Assembly: GCA_902798705.1 (NCBI GenBank)
Contig: CADBXS010000004.1
Location: forward strand, 1,350-65,349
Length of the DNA: 64,000 nt
Source: an uncultured Bacteroidales bacterium
GTDB taxonomy: Bacteria; Bacteroidota; Bacteroidia; Bacteroidales; Bacteroidaceae
Reading direction: 5' to 3'
Positions within the stretch are counted from its first letter, which is position 1. Each line of letters begins with the position of its first letter. The notes beneath the pieces are model-generated. The model saw nothing but the letters and a program-made list of their open reading frames with translations. It searched no databases and was not told the origin of the DNA. Both the position numbers and the translations under genes were made by a program. Shown here piece by piece: positions 62,931 to 64,000 of this stretch.

Positions 62931-64000
62931 ACAATCAAAAATATTATACGAATGAACGTAACGTTCAAATCCTGATTAGTTTATTAAAAGAGCATGGAAT
63001 TAAAAAAGTCATTGCCTCTCCAGGAACAACAAATATAACTTTCGTTGGTAGTATTCAACAGGATCCGTGGTTTGAGGTCTATTCCAGTGTTGACGAACGT
63101 AGTGCAGCATATATTGCATGTGGAATGGCAGCAGAGAGTGGCGAACCTGCCAATCTTGGCTGTTACCTCTCATCATGGCACACATGACATTGGGCATTTG
63201 ATTGCCCAACAAATTGACAGACGTGTTATCCCTTCTGATATTGCTATCGAAAGCGTCACATTGCCAACTGTAAAAGACAGAACCGATGAGAGATTCTGTG
63301 AAATAGAAGCCAACAAAGCAATTTTAGCTTGTAAGCAAAGAAATGGAGGTCCTGTCCATATCAACATGTTCACTACTTTTAGCAGAGACTTCAGCATAAA
63401 AAATCTACCAAGTGCAAATGCCATACACAGATACAGAGAGAAAGACAGATTGCCCGAATTAGACAAACAAAAGAACGTTGCAATATTCATTGGTTCGCAT
63501 CGATTATTCTCAAACGATGAAACATTAGCCATTGACCAATTCTGTGAAAGTAATAATGCAATAGTCATATATGATCATACAAGTGGATATCGGGGACGAT
63601 ACGGAATCCACTGGGGACTTTTTTTAATACAGCCCGTCTCTTCAGAATTAAAAGACATCAACACCTTAATTCATATAGGTGAGGTTTCTGGTGACTATAA
63701 CTCCTTAGCTTTTTCCGTAAATAAAGTATGGAGAGTGAATGAAGATGGCCAATTGAGAGATACCTTTCGAAGACTATCTGCTGTGTTCCAAATGGATGAG
63801 CAGAGTTTCTTTGAGAGATATACAAAGACAGAACAAACATGTCTGGATTATTACAATTCCTGTAAGAAGGCATATAACGAAGTCTATGAAAGGATACCGG
63901 AATTGCCATTCAGCAACATTTGGATTGCTCATCATCTTCATAACAAGTTACCAGAAGGATGCAATCTTCATCTTGGCATTTTAAACACATTGCGTTCATG
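62921..64000 (+). pseudogene. Thiamine-diphosphate-binding enzyme (MenD/acetolactate-synthase-like), frame-disrupted; 3' end beyond the window
   Basis: Frame 1 (62921-63187) reads ..IASPGTTNITFVGSIQQDPWFEVYSSVDERSAAYIACGMAAESGEPA and then hits a stop. A second frame, which has no start codon and so is not in the ORF track, resumes at PILAVTSHHGTHDIGHLIAQQIDR.. and stays open to 64000. About 25 aa of the conserved ThDP N-domain core are missing at the junction near 63140. Confidence 0.6.

Overview
This is a Bacteroidota chromosomal window. T9SS genes, TAnnTTTG -7 promoter boxes and the gene content make it look Prevotella/Segatella-like. The taxon is an inference.

1-36.5 kb is mostly housekeeping, almost all on the minus strand:
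- cysS, ispG, purE, rpoN, trxA, dnaE, tsaE and aroA.
- A TonB-dependent receptor operon.
- Two LuxR-type HTH regulators.
- A porW/sprE-like lipoprotein and a porX-like gene that carries an internal deletion.
- A 2359-aa T9SS cargo protein with a large internal duplication.

37-52.6 kb is an accessory cluster and the most interesting part. It holds five paralogous cassettes, two on the minus strand and three on the plus strand, diverging from 42.8-43.5 kb. Each cassette has a promoter, a 670-1015 aa secreted modular protein, a conserved 53-54 aa ORF and a conserved hairpin terminator. The large proteins have variable N-terminal parts, a shared C-terminal module and a T9SS sorting domain. The small ORF has no signal peptide, and three of its five copies fall below the ORF-track size cut-off. 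I do not recognise this small ORF family or this pairing.

53-64 kb contains:
- A HIRAN-like protein, a Cys4 small protein and two HU-like genes.
- A GtrB-like GT2 plus YfhO pair, with a C9 tract inside yfhO.
- A poly-His membrane protein.
- Polysaccharide-type genes, including a frame-disrupted ThDP enzyme.

Intergenic DNA throughout is packed with modular short-word repeats that pair into long imperfect hairpins. I recognised no rRNA, tRNA, CRISPR array, transposase or integrase. Coordinates of features not taken from the ORF track may be off by 1-3 nt.
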